Below are positions 1 through 12,659 of a stretch of DNA of 64,000 nt, in pieces; within the stretch, counting starts at the first letter, position 1; the number at the start of each line of letters is the position of its first letter. The notes under the pieces were generated by a model. It was not told where the DNA came from, made no database searches, and was given only the letters and a program-made list of their open reading frames with translations. The DNA is taken from assembly GCF_004010195.1 (NCBI RefSeq), contig NC_057716.1:11156235-11220234 (forward strand). Direction: 5' to 3'. Position numbers and translations under genes: made by a program. Origin of the DNA: Chiloscyllium plagiosum (lineage: Eukaryota).

Positions 1-590
1 TTCATTGGGGCCTTTTTCCGTGGAGTGTCGGAGACTGAGGGATTTCCTTTTTAGAAGTTTATAAAATCGTGAGGGGCATGGATAGGGTGAATACCCTAGG
101 TCTTGTCCTGTATGAGGGAGTCTAAAGCTAGGGGACATAGATTTAACGTGAGCGAGGACGAATTTGAAAAGGACCCAAAGATCATGCAGATGGTAATACG
201 TATATGGAACTAGTTGCCAGAGGAAATGGCAATTACAACATTTAGCAGGAATCTGGATGGGTATATGAATAAGAAGGGTTTAGAGGAACAAATGCTGGCA
301 AATGGGCCTAGTTAGAGACAAAAAAAAACTGCAGATGCTGGAATTCAAATTGGACAGGCAGGAAACTGGAGGAGCACAGTAAGCCAGGCAACATCAGAAG
401 GTGGAGAAGTCGATGTTTCGAGTATAACCCTTCTGGATTCTTGATGCTGCCTAGCTTGCTGTGTTCCTTCAGCCTCCGCTTGTCTCTACTATGGCAAATG
501 GTAGTAGGTCAGTTTGAGATGTCTGATTGGAGTGGATGAGTTGGACCGAAGAGACCGTTTCTGTTCTGAATGACTCTGACTCTGACTCTA
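1..590 (+). mobile_element. CR1-type LINE 3' fragment (degenerate), interrupted at about 315-490 by a short Penelope-type terminus
   Basis: Matches the 3' end of the other CR1 copies in the window (gaggtttataaaatcatgaggggcatggatagggt...gttggaccgaag...tgactct tail). The 315-490 insert resembles the ctgcagatgctggaa...gcagcatc termini seen at 37428 and 51545. Confidence 0.7.
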
Positions 591-857
591 ACTGATACAA
601 TGATATCATGGGCAGTTGCTGTGTTCACATCTCAAGAATTTAACGTTTTTGCCCAGTAGATTAAGCATTAGTGAATGGGTTACTGGTGATATGGAATTGA
701 TAGCACAAATGGTATTCCTTCCCACAATTTCCAGCTGATTGACAAAGGACTGACAGGGTGGGAATTCACTCTTAGATTTATCGTTTGGGAATAAGACATG
801 CCTGGGTCCCCACATTCGTGTGTATGGATATCAATGCAACTGTATTGCATCAGCTTG

Positions 858-3800
858 GCTAAGACCATAAGACATAGGAGTGGAAGTAAGGCCATTCGGC
901 CCATCGAGTCCACTCTGCCATTTAATCATGGCTGATGGGCATTTCAACTCCACTTACCCACATTCTGCCCGTAGCCCTTAATTCCTTGTGACATCAAGAA
1001 TTTATCAATCTCTGCCTTGAAGACATTTAGCGTCCCGGCCTCACTGCACTCCACGGCAATGAATTCTACAGGCCCACCACTCTCTGTCTGAAGAAATGTC
1101 TCTGCATTTCTGTTCTGAATTGACCTCCTCTAATTCTAAGGCTGTGCCCACAGGTCCTAGTCTCCATACCTAACGGAAACAATTTCTTAGTGTCCACCCT
1201 TTCCAAGCCATGTATTATCTTGTAAGTTTCTATTAGATCTCCCCTTAACCTTCTAAACTCCAATGAGTACAATCCCAGGACCCTCAGCCGTTCCTCGTAT
1301 GTTAGACCTACCATTCCAGGGATCATCCGTGTGAATCTCCGCTGGACACGCTCCAGTGCCAGTATGTCCCTCCTGAGGTGTGGGGCCCAAAACTAGACAC
1401 AGCACTCGAAATGGGGCCTACCCAGAGCTTTATAAAGTCTCAGTAGCGCATCGCTGCTTTTATATTCCAACCCTCTTGAGATAAATGACAACATTGCATT
1501 CGCTTTCTTAATCACGGATTCAACCTGCATGTTTACCTTTAGAGAATCCTCAACTAGCACTCCCAGATCTCTTTGTACTTTATGAATTTTCTCACCGTTT
1601 AGAAAGTAGTCCATGCTTGTATTCTTTTTTCCAAAGTGCAAGACCTCGCATTTGCTCACACTGAACTTCATTAGCCATTTCCTGGACCACTCTCCCAAAC
1701 TGTCTAGATCCTTCTGCAGCCTCCCCACTCCTCAGTACTACCTGCCTGTCCACCTATCTTCGTATCATCGGCAAACTTCGCTAGAATGCCCCCAGTCCCT
1801 TCATCCAGATCATTAATATATAATGTGAACAGCTGTGGCCCCAACACTGAACCCTGTGGGACACCGCGTGTCACCAGCTGCCATTCTGAAAATTAACCTT
1901 CTGTCAGACAGCCAATCCTCAGTCCATGCCAGTAGCTCACCTCAAACACCATGGGCCCTCACCTTACTCAGCAGCATCCCGTGTGGCACCTTATCAAAGG
2001 CCTTTTGGAAGTCTAGATAGACCACATCCACTGGGTTTCCCTGGTCTAACATACTTGTCACTTCTTCAAAGAATTCTAACAGGTTTGTCAGGCACGACCT
2101 CCCCTTACTAAATCCATGTTGACTTGTTCTAATCCGACCCTGCTCTTCCAAGAATTTAGAAACCTCATCCTTAATGATGGATTCTAGAATCTTACCAAGA
2201 ACCAAGGTTAGGCTAATTGGCCTATAATTTTCCATCTTTTGTCTTGATCCTTTCTTGAACAATGTGGTTACAACATGGTCTTCCAATCATCTGGGACTTT
2301 CCCTGACTCCAGTGGCTTTTGAAAGATCTCAACCAACGCCTCCGCTATTTCCTCAGCCACCTCCCTCAGAACTCTAGGATGTAGCCCATCGGGGCCAGGA
2401 GATTTGTCAATTTTAAGACCTTTTAGCTTTTCTAGCACTTTCTCTTTTGTAATGGCAACCGTACTCAACTCAGCCCCCTGACACCCTTTAATTGTTGGGA
2501 TATAACTCATGTCTTCCACTGTGAAGACTACGCAAAGTACTTATTAAGTTCTCCAGCTATTTCCTTATCTCCCATCACTAGCCTTCGAGCATCAGTTTGA
2601 AGTGGCCCAATGTCTTATGTATTGAAAGAAACTTTTACTATCATTTCTAATAATACTAGCTAGCCTACCTTCATATTTGATCCTCTCCTTCCTTATTTCT
2701 CTCTTTGTTTTCCTCTGTTTGTCTTTGTAACCTTCCCAATCTTCTGATTTCCCAGTGCTCTTGGCCACTTTATAGGATCTCTCTTTTTTATAGGATCTCT
2801 CTTTTTCTTTGATAGATTTCCTGACTTCCTTTGTCAACCATGGCTGTCTAATCTCTCCCCGGATAGTCTTTCTTTTCTTGGGGATGAACCTCTGTACTGT
2901 GTCCTCATTATACCCACAAACTCCTGCCATTTTTGCTCTACTGTCTTCCCTGCTAGGTTCTGCTTCCAGTCGATTTTCGTCAGTTCCTCTCTCATGCCCT
3001 CGTAATTACCTTTGTTTAACTGTAACACCATTACATCCAATTTTGCTTTCTCTCTTTCAAACTGCAGACTGAACTCTACCATATTATGATTGCTGCTTCT
3101 TAAGTGTTCCCTTACTTTAAGATCTTTTATAAAGTCTGGTTCATTACATAGCACTAGGTCCAGAATAGCCTGCTCCCTTGTGAGCTCCATGACAAGCTGT
3201 TCCAAAAAGCCATCCTGTAAGTATTCCAAGAATTCCCTTTCTTTGGATCCATTGGCAACATTATTTACCCAGTCCACCTGCATATGGAAGTCCCCCATGA
3301 TCACCGTGACCTTGCCTTTCTGACATGCCTTTTCTATTTCCCGCTACATGTTGCGCCTCTGGTCCTGACCATTGTTAGGAGGTCTGTACATAATTCCCAT
3401 TAAGGTTTTTTTGCCTTTGTGGTTCCTCAATTCCACCCACACAGACTCCGCATCATCCGACGCTGTGTCAATCAGTGCCATAGATTTAATTTTGTTCTTA
3501 ACTAACAAGGCCACCCCGTCCCCTCTGCCCACCTCCCTGTCTTTTCGATAAGTTGTAAATCCTTGGATGTTTAACTGCCGGTCCTGACCCCCCTGTAACC
3601 ATGTCTCTGTGATGCCACCACATCATAATCATTTACGATGATCTGTGCTGTTAGTTCATCTACTTTGTTACGAATGCTACGAGCATTCAGGTAAAGTGCC
3701 TTAATGCTAACATTCTTATCATTAGAGATATTGGAAGTCATAAGATGTCCTAAGTTATCCTTCCTTTTTGCTGCAGTCCCAGTCTGCCTCAGGACCTGTA

Positions 3801-4047
3801 CTTCAATTTCCTTCTTAGTGCTTGATAATCCCCAAACAGGTCCTCCACCCTAGCTTTGCCTATGTTGTTAGTCCCAACGTGGACCACAACAACTGGATCC
3901 TCCCCCTCCCGCTCCAATATCCTTTCAAGCCGGTCGGAGATGTCCTGCACCCTGGCACCGGGCAGGCAACACACCATGCGAGACTCCTGATCCGGCTTGC
4001 ATAGGATACTATCTGTCCCCCTAATTATAGAATCCCCTATAACAACT
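858..4047 (-). mobile_element. CR1 LINE, 5'-truncated and frameshifted: ORF1 esterase (SGNH-like) remnant, APE endonuclease, partial RT and 3' tail
   Basis: ORF track fragments VVIGDSIIRGTD...VCCLPGARV...VHVGTNN (ORF1), GDGVALLVK, IMGDF, ILDLVLCN (APE), KSPGPDGLHPRVL, NYRPISLT, QHGFSKGRSCLTNL, VVYLDFQKAFDKVPH (RT). 3' tail repeat ccataaga at about 860-875. Confidence 0.9.
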
Positions 4048-4224
4048 AGGACAAGTTCTAGAGCACAGATTTTCTGCACTACAGCTGGGATATTGCCAGA
4101 AATTGTAGTCTTTGCTATGCTCAGTGCTTTCAATCATCTCAATTATACATAAATGAAGACTGAGATCTGTGATGTCAGGGATCTCAGAAGGTTGTGATTC
4201 AAAAGTAAGTGATACACAAGCAAA

Positions 4225-4505
4225 TCACCTCTCAGCCTTCGATGCTTCAGGGAAAACAGCCCCAGCCTATTCAGTCTCTCCCAATAGCTGAAATCCTCCA
4301 ACCCAGGCAACATCCTTGTAAATCTTTTCTGAAACCTTTCAAGTTTCACAACATCCTTTTGATTGGAGGAGACCAGAATTGCACGCAATGTTCAGAAAGT
4401 GGCCTAACCAACGTCCTGTACAGCAGCAAGACAACCTCCCAACTCCTATACAGGACCTTGCCATTAAGTGTAGAAGTCCTGCTATGATTTGCTTTTCCAA
4501 AATAC
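4225..4505 (-). mobile_element. CR1 LINE internal/3' fragment
   Basis: KDVVKLERFQKRFTRMLPGL...RRLRGDL, same family as the 19390, 33905 and 41850 copies. Confidence 0.8.
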
Positions 4506-5649
4506 AGTATTTCATACTACTACATAAGCAGTTTGTAAGCTTGGGTAAAATGCCATAAAACAATGGAAAATGCCTTTTGTGAAGGCTAGTCTACGTTCAA
4601 AGCTATTATTCCTACTAATGTTGCAATGGGCAGATAAAAAACAAGGTGAGTAGATTTATGAAGATTGACTTGTGTTGGCTCTCTTGCCTAACAATCTGGA
4701 AACTGTGTCCTTTTAAGGCTTAGCTGGAGGCTCTGCTAAAGCACCCTTATAGACATGCACACTCCATCACTGAGTGTGTTCTGTGCACTAGCTACCTCAA
4801 TGTTTTCTCCATTTGATGTTCAACATATAGAATAGCGCAGAACCAAAATAGGTCTGTGTCAGTGCTTTGGGGAAAGCTGGTTTATGTTCAAAATAGTTAG
4901 TTCCAGCAGTACAGCTGTGGGCAAAGCCAACTCTTTGAAAGAACTATCCATAAGTCCTGCAAAGCTAGCTTCTTCAAATATTTATCCCAACTTCTTTTTT
5001 AAAAATAACTTGTTTTTTTTATCCTAGTCGTTTCTGATTCTTTTGCAGTTATCTTAAATTTGTGCACTGTAGTTATTGACCCTTCTACGGCTGAAAGTGG
5101 AAGTTTAAAATTAAACCTATAATCTCACACAGACTCCTCTTTCCCTCAAACTCTATGTAAAATGCAATCAAAGTATGGTTGCTTCTACTGATGGGCATCT
5201 TCACTGAAGCCACTAATTAATCCTATGTCAATGCAGTTCCAGATTTAGTATAGACTGTTGTCTGGTCAGCTCCAGAACATACTGTTCTTAAAAAGCTGTC
5301 TTGCAAACACCATCAAGGCACCTTTGCCCATTTGCCTTTTACAGTTAATATAAATTAATATCTCCAGTGATTTATGGCAATGCCTTTCTGACAAGTTCTC
5401 ATTTTTTTCAGTTCTTCCCTATCCTGTGGGGTTACTTTAACGACCTGCATATGACTGTCACAAGTGACTTCTTGCCTTTATCATTTCTAACCAAAATGGT
5501 TTCAGAATTTTGATTTCCTGCATTTAGGTCATCCCTCTCTTATTGTACTAATGCGACCGTCAATAGATTCATATTCAAAGTTTGGGAGAAGATTTGTAGC
5601 TCGGGTGCTCGTTGTTGTGGTTCTGTTCGCCGAGCTGGAAATGTTTATT

Positions 5650-5689
5650 GCAAACGTTTCGTCCCCTGTCTAGGTGACATCCTCAGTGC
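5650..5689 (-). ncRNA. Minimal hammerhead ribozyme motif in the Penelope 3' terminus
   Basis: Minus strand reads GCA-CUGAGGA-U-GUCACC-UAGACA-GGGGAC-GAAA-CG-UU-UGC: both conserved boxes, stem II with one mismatch, 3-bp stem I (GCA/UGC) and palindromic ACGU helix III. Confidence 0.65.
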
Positions 5690-6271
5690 CTGGGAGCCTC
5701 CTGTGAAGCACTTCTGTGGTGTTTCCTCCGGCATTTATAGTGGCCTGTCCCTGCCGCTTCCGGTTGTCAGTTTCAGCTGTCCGCTGTAGTGGCCGGTATA
5801 TTGGGTCCAGGTTGATGTGTTTGTTGATGGAGTTTGTGGATGAGTACCATGCTTCTCGGAATTCCCTGGCTGTTCTTTGTTTGGCTTGCCCTATAATGGT
5901 AGTGTTGTCCCAGTCGAATTCATATTGCTTGTCGTCTGCGTGTATGGCTACTAAGGATAGCTGGTCGTGTCGTTTCGTGGCTAGTTGATGTTCATGGATG
6001 CGGATCGTTAGCTGTCTTCCTGTTTGTCCTATATAGTGTTTTGTGCAGTCCTTGCATGGGATTTTGTACACTACGTTAGTTTTGTTCATGCTGGGTATCG
6101 GGTCCTTCGTTCTGGTGAGTTGTTGTCAGAGTGTGGCTGTTGGTTTGTGTGCTGTTATAAGTCCTAGTGGTCGCAGTAGTCTGGCTGTCATTTCAGAGAT
6201 GTTCTTGACGTATGGTAGTGTGGCTAGTCCTTTGGGTTGCGGCATGCCCTCGTTCCGTTGTCTTTCTCTTA

Positions 6272-6840
6272 NNNNNNNNNNNNNNNNNNNNNNNNNNNNN
6301 NNNNNNNNNNNNNNNNNNNNNNNNNNNNNNNNNNNNNNNNNNNNNNNNNNNNNNNNNNNNNNNNNNNNNNNNNNNNNNNNNNNNNNNNNNNNNNNNNNNN
6401 NNNNNNNNNNNNNNNNNNNNNNNNNNNNNNNNNNNNNNNNNNNNNNNNNNNNNNNNNNNNNNNNNNNNNNNNNNNNNNNNNNNNNNNNNNNNNNNNNNNN
6501 NNNNNNNNNNNNNNNNNNNNNNNNNNNNNNNNNNNNNNNNNNNNNNNNNNNNNNNNNNNNNNNNNNNNNNNNNNNNNNNNNNNNNNNNNNNNNNNNNNNN
6601 NNNNNNNNNNNNNNNNNNNNNNNNNNNNNNNNNNNNNNNNNNNNNNNNNNNNNNNNNNNNNNNNNNNNNNNNNNNNNNNNNNNNNNNNNNNNNNNNNNNN
6701 NNNNNNNNNNNNNNNNNNNNNNNNNNNNNNNNNNNNNNNNNNNNNNNNNNNNNNNNNNNNNNNNNNNNNNNNNNNNNNNNNNNNNNNNNNNNNNNNNNNN
6801 NNNNNNNNNNNNNNNNNNNNNNNNNNNNNNNNNNNNNNNN
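6272..6840. other. Assembly gap (run of N)
   Basis: Unresolved bases within the Penelope element. Confidence 1.
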
Positions 6841-8935
6841 GGTCTGAGTGGGATGTCTGGTTTGTGCACTTTAGGTAGTCCATAGAATCTGGGGGTGTTG
6901 TTGCTTTCAGGTTTCATTCTTTGTAGGTCCAACCTGGTTATCTGTCTGTTTTTTTGTAGATTCCTCAGTGTGTTATTTATCCTATTGGTGAGCTGTGGGG
7001 TGGGGTCAAACTCCCTCTTTTGGTAGGGAATTTGACCCCACCCCACAGTTCACCAATAGGATAAATAACACACTGAGGAATCTACAAAAAAAGACAGATA
7101 ACCAGGTCGGACCTACAAAGAATGAAACCTGAAAGCAACAACACCCCCCCAGATTCTATGGACTACCTAAAGTGCACAAAGATGTAATGCAATCCTGGTT
7201 ATGCTGTTATGCAATAATCATACACCGGTGATATTGCAGCAAATCTGATAGGGAAGGGTCTTTTCATTACAACTCTGGCATAGGAATTTCTAACAGTAAA
7301 TAATGTTGATGTAAGACTTGTTAAATATTACTGTTTGATATTCTATGGAGAATTAGTGTATTGAGGTGAAGTATTGAGGTGAGGATGGCAGACATAGAAA
7401 ATAGGTGCCCTTCAGGGCTCCTGCGTCAATCAATGTGATCAAGGCTGCTTATCCAACTCAGTGCCCTGTTTTTGCTACCTCTCCATAATCTTTGATCCCT
7501 TTAACGCTAATATTTATATTTAATTCCTTCCAAAAAAAAATGCAATATTTCGTTTTTGGATGCTTTCTTTGGCAACAAGTTGTACCTTTCTCTCTGGATG
7601 AAAATATTTCTCATCTCATTGGGAGTGTTAATGAAATGTCAAATAGAAATGGCTAAAAGGAATTACTGTCCCACCCCTGAACTTCCTTTTCATTTAGGTC
7701 AGCTCCTCCTACAATCCTCTTATTGCCTATTTTATTACATTTTAAGTTTTGCTTTTGGTTAGCTGTTTTTTTCCCACACTGTCCCTTGGCAGAATTTATA
7801 CCTCACCTTGCCCTACTTTGTTAATTCATCACTGTAATAATTATTCATTCAGAAACAGAAATAAATCTGGCATGATTTTTGGGGAGAAAGTGGAGTTAAT
7901 GTTTCAAATCTGGTAACTCTTCACCACAATTATTGATTGGTGCCTGCCGCTCATTGGTTTAATATAGCAGCAAATTAAAATAAATGTTTTAGTTGTGAAA
8001 CGTTATCTTACAAATTAATTTGTATCTTATTAGCTAGATTGCAACATTCAATAGTAACTTTTTGTAGCTGTCTCTGTGGTACAGTTTCTCTTAGGTTTTG
8101 AGTTGAGATTTTGTGTTGCAATTTCACAATGTCAGCACAAACCACTGTATTGTAATTTATTTTCTTGAGTTTGTTCAACTTAATTTTTGATTTCCATGTT
8201 AGACTCTGTTATTCAGTTTTAAAAGGTACTGTCATCAGATTCTTTGAATGATCAAATTACAGTAATAGGTTTCAGTATAGGGTTTTGACATGTGTAACAG
8301 ACAGTGATAATTTTATAAGAATATTCATGGTGATCTGTTATGTACTCCCCATCTCGGGGAAAAACATTATTGTGATTGCCCTGTTTAATCTTGTCAAATG
8401 TTACTAAGTAGACTTTTTCCTACAGCTGATTGGGTTATTCTTTGTGGCTATTTCAATAGAGCATAAAAGTAACATTCTGAAATCAGGTCTGCATATGACA
8501 CCATTATGTTATTTAAACAAAAATTTATTTAACTAAACACTCATTTTGTCAGTTAGTATTTGTCAGTTAATCTTGGAAGCCTTGAGCCACCCACATTTGT
8601 AGTCATGGTTGGTGGTTCTTGTATAACTGTTTCTAGTTTCAACAAACAAGTTGAAACAAACTTACACTTTACTCTTCCAAAAGACCTATAAACTGTGAAA
8701 ATGTTTACTTTTAAAATAGATTAGATCTTTTGTGTTTCCTCGATTGTCTTGTTTCTTGCAATTAACAGCCCATTTCACGTCAGTTCTGCAATGTGCTTAA
8801 CACTCACTTAGTCTAAATTCATCATATTGCTATACTGCAAGCAGTGGTTTAACAGCTGTTTTTGAGGATGCCAGATGAAAGATAATTTCTACATTGCATA
8901 CTGAACTTGATCCATTGCAATCATTTTTGTTTCAG

Positions 8936-9111
8936 ACAACTCCTCAATGATGAAGATTTCACTTAAAAATAACAATAAAGCTTTGGCATTAGCACTTGCT
9001 GAAGAGAAGAAAAAGTATAGATTGTCTGAACAGGAAAAAGTAATTCTTCAAAAAGAAATATGTATTCAAAATTATGACATAGTTATGCTCCAGCAAAGGT
9101 TGACTACTCAG
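8936..9111 (+). CDS. SGO2: Shugoshin 2, N-terminal coiled-coil exon (first coding exon seen; upstream coding exon not located)
   Basis: tttcag|AC AAC...CAG|gtaaaa. Encodes NSSMMKISLKNNNKALALALAEEK, matching the SGO2 coiled coil (NSSIFKISLKHNNRALAQAL-type). Confidence 0.9.
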
Positions 9112-9489
9112 GTAAAAAGGGCAATTTTTTGATTCTTTCTGATTGTCAGCCATGTTCTTTAATGTGGAATTGTAATTGAACATTTTTGGGATCCCTGCCT
9201 TCCATTTAGATGATATTGTAGTTCAATATGGCTTCTCATAAGTTGGAGTCAGAATGCTGCTTCTAGATTGGGAGTCAATTACCAGAGTTATTCTGCATCA
9301 ATTCCTCAAAATATAGGTGGATCTACCTAATTCTGGGGGAAAGACTAACACTAATAACTGAAAGTGGAGCCAAAGGGATCGAGTTTAAGGCAGTGAAGTT
9401 TTAGCCAACATCTAACCTTTGAATGTGGGTTTAATAGAGTCTTGAATACTGTTGATATGATGTCCGAATTTGTATCTTTTGAGAAACAG

Positions 9490-9594
9490 AATGCAAAACT
9501 TTCAACCTTGGAAGAATTTTTGATGAAGCTAAAAAGCTGCTTCTCTGATGCTACTGATTACTTGTCAACTGCCATCAGTACCTGTGAATGTGAT
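9490..9594 (+). CDS. SGO2: Shugoshin 2 exon (coiled-coil continuation)
   Basis: aaacag|AAT GCA AAA CTT...TGT GAT|gtaagg, phase 0/0. Encodes NAKLSTLEEFLMKLK...LSTAISTCECD. Confidence 0.8.
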
Positions 9595-11236
9595 GTAAGG
9601 ATTTGTTTTTATTCAGTTTCTTTCTGAACTTTTCATATTGGATTGCAATTGTAAGTTTTAATAGAATCTAGGCTCTGCATCAAACAACTTATACAACAGC
9701 TGAAGTATTTTTAACTGGAACTTAAAATATTACAATAATGAAATAATGGCCTATTATTCAACACAGTTAAATGAAGTTAAGATAATTGGTAAAGAGAAAC
9801 AACAAAGGAGAAAAAGCATCCAATGAATAATGATTTGGAGTAGACTATCTCAAATTGCAGTGGAAACAAATGCAATAGAAACTTTGAGAATTGGATAGGT
9901 ACTTGAAAGTAAGATTTTTTAAATCCTTTCATGGGATTTTAACACGACTGGTAAGATTAACATTTGCTGCTGAACTGTAATTGCCCTTGAGAACCTGATG
10001 TACTGCTTTCTTGAACTACTACGTGTAATCCAACTGGTGTAGATATGTTTGATGCAGTTTAAAAGGATTTGGATAAAGAGAGCAGACAAAAAAATGACAG
10101 ATTGAATATAATTTTGAAAATGTGAACTTCTCTGCTTTGGCAAGAAAAAAGAAAAGCAATATATTTTATTGAAGAAAGACTGTAGAACTCTACAGCACAT
10201 GGGAACCTAGTTGTCCTGGTACATGAACACAAGGGGTGTTTAGGCATTTGCTTCAATTGCTTATTAAGGCAAATGGAAGAATTACTGCAGTGAAGAAATA
10301 GGTCATTGATTTAGCTGATCCATATTATTGTATGTGCTCTATTCAAAGGTTTTTCCATCTTCATATTGCCTATCAGCTTAAGGTTTTCTCCCTGACATGT
10401 TTATTGGGCTTCCCAATAAATACTTAATCTTCCTTTCCTGAAATGGAAACTTCTTCACATCTGCTTTTATAAAAATATAATCTTAAAGGCCTTCATTAGG
10501 TTAACTCTTAAAACTTTCATGGATAAAAATGTTACATCCTGTAGAGTCTTTCCTGACCAGTACAACCTTTCATTTTGGCATTATCTTTGTAAATTTGTTT
10601 TTCTTGCACTGCCTCTAACTTTTCAATATCCTTAATATTAAATGGAGATCAGAATTGTACACAGTATTTAATCAGCATTCTGTGCAAATTTAACATCCTG
10701 CTTTTCAGTTCTTTTCCTCTATAAATACTGTCTTTTTAACCAGCTTCATTTTGAGTGGTTTTATATATCTGTACCCCTGGATCTATTGCTACTCTGATGT
10801 ACTTTCCAAGGAATATAGAGCCACATTACCATTCGACCAAATGCAGCATCCCCCCATGTTTAAATTGAAGTTTACTGGCCAGTTATGTACCATGTTGCAA
10901 GGTTGTTCATATCTTTTTTTTTGCAATCATATGCAGGGTTAATTGTGTCCCAGTCTGATGTATTTGTGTGACCTTCACTTAACATGAAACACAAAGGTAG
11001 TGAGCTCACCCTTTGATGCTGTGCTTTATGATCGGGTGTTGAGTTCTTCATGCTCTCCTTTCTCCCTGTCTCTAAAGCTCCCATTAAAAATGGTGTACTA
11101 ATGGGTAACTGTCTATTATAGATTTTTCAAACCTCTCGCTGTATCAATTTGACTGAAGTAATGAAAATTAGGCTAACCATTTACTATATATCTACTTGTA
11201 TTCTCCCCACTGAGGCATTTACTTCTTTCAATGTAG

Positions 11237-11310
11237 TTTCAGGAATATCAGTGGAATGGTATGTTATTCCAAAGAAGTAACCGTGTAAGTGAAGATTCCA
11301 ACTGCAACTT
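11237..11310 (+). CDS. SGO2: Shugoshin 2 small exon (alternative in-frame acceptor at 11243)
   Basis: atgtag|TTT CAG GAA...AAC TT|gtaagt. Open frame with phase 0/2, exactly what is needed to join the 9594 and 12162 exons. No homology evidence. Confidence 0.65.
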
Positions 11311-11857
11311 GTAAGTAATCAACAAAGTTATAATGCTTTAGAATGATCTGCAAATTACATTTATTCAAAGCTTAAAGAAAAGTGTATTCCAAAATTCAGG
11401 GCAGCAGTTAGCTTATGAGATTCAATTACAGTGTGTCAAATGAATACATAATAAATATACAAGTAGTTCAAAATGAAATTCCAACTCTACAAGAATTCTG
11501 AAGTGCAGTTTGCTTCCTGTGAAATAACTTGTATTTTTTTGTTTTGACTTGTGTTGTTTCTTTACCTCTCATCTCACACTCTCTTTTGTCTCTCACATAC
11601 TCTCAGCGTAGCAGACAAGCATGCAGACTGTTTCCAGGTTTTAGCTAGTGACTTGATTTAGTTCAATGAGGAAGCCCAGATTTTCTTAGTGAAGCCCCTA
11701 GCTGAGATGAGCATATCCCTGAAGTTACTGTGGTCAACTGTGGCTAGCTAATGATGTCAACAAACATTTTTTTTTTGAAGTCTTAAATTTTGATACACGA
11801 AATAATGCCTTTGTCATCATGAAAACAAGTTCTCCAATTAGACAAATTCTTCCTGAC

Positions 11858-12022
11858 AAGCTGCTGAAAGTTTGGATAAGATTTGAATAGGTACATGAAT
11901 AAGAAAACTTTAGAGGGATACGGCCCAAACACCGGCAAGTGGGATTTGTTTAGTTTGGAAAACTTGGTTGAAGTGGATAAATTGGACCAAAGGGTCTGTT
12001 TCCATTCAATATGACTCTATAA
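11858..12022 (+). mobile_element. CR1 3' tail fragment
   Basis: gggatacggcccaaac...ttggaccaaagggtctgtttcc...atgactctat tail shared with the other CR1 copies. Confidence 0.6.
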
Positions 12023-12161
12023 GACCAAGTATAGTGTAAAGCTGTTAAGTTGATTGGTGAGAACCATGTTGATTTTTGAGATATACAGTGAAAAACAAAT
12101 GCAAAAATAAAACATACCAGATTAAACAAATTGACTTCCTGAATGCCTATTTTGATTACAG

Positions 12162-12400
12162 AAATACTAAGTTACCATCAGACGCTCTGCCCAAATTTGG
12201 AATTGAAGGAAGATACAAAACTAACGCCATCCTGGATGACAAAATCGATCCCTTGAAACAAGCTGTCGTAGTTCCAGTAGAGGATTCTACATCTTCGGCT
12301 ACTGGACCAACACGTCAAACTTTTACTGTGAATTTCCATGAAAATGTCAATGAACCAAATAACTACAGTGAGCAAACTGAATTTGGGCAACATAATAAAG
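12162..12400 (+). CDS. SGO2: Shugoshin 2 exon ending at a GC donor
   Basis: ttacag|A AAT ACT AAG...AAT AAA G|gcaagt, phase 2/1. Lies within ORF 12076-12501 and contains TRQTFTV. Confidence 0.75.
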
Positions 12401-12659
12401 GCAAGTACAGCTTTAAAAAAAGTCTATTAAGTAAATGCTCCTACAGCTGGCAATCACTTATTACTCATTGTCTATGTACTTTTAACCAACAGAAACACTA
12501 AATGACAACTTGAGTAATTGTTCTGTAAGGCAATATAGTTCTGGGCAATTAAGTGGACAAAATTTAAATGGTGCAAAAAAGTGCGGGTGAAATATAATTT
12601 GCATTTAGTTTGCACTTTTTATAACATTTTGTGATTGACTTTAAAATATCCTTTTGAAA

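Larger units (their letters stand above)
5575..7180 (-). mobile_element. Penelope-like retroelement (RT fragment + GIY-YIG endonuclease), 5'-truncated with terminal inversion; spans the assembly gap
   Basis: NVVYKIPCKDCTKHYIGQTGRQLTIRIHEH (GIY-YIG) and TPRFYGLPKVHKPDIPLR (PLE RT N-terminal motif). 7025-7180 is an inverted copy of 6861-7016. Confidence 0.88.

Noticed and set aside
4570-4645. Short ATG-initiated frame (MPFVKASLRSKLL...) ending in a phase-1 AG|gtgagt donor that could splice to the SGO2 exon at 8936
   Set aside because: No convincing similarity to the shugoshin N-terminus (KIKTKI-type motif absent) and no promoter-like context. The true first coding exon is probably upstream of the window.
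6043-7046. Long ORFs of 200-300 aa in the ORF track
   Set aside because: They run through the N gap. Only the flanks are real, and those are Penelope sequence.
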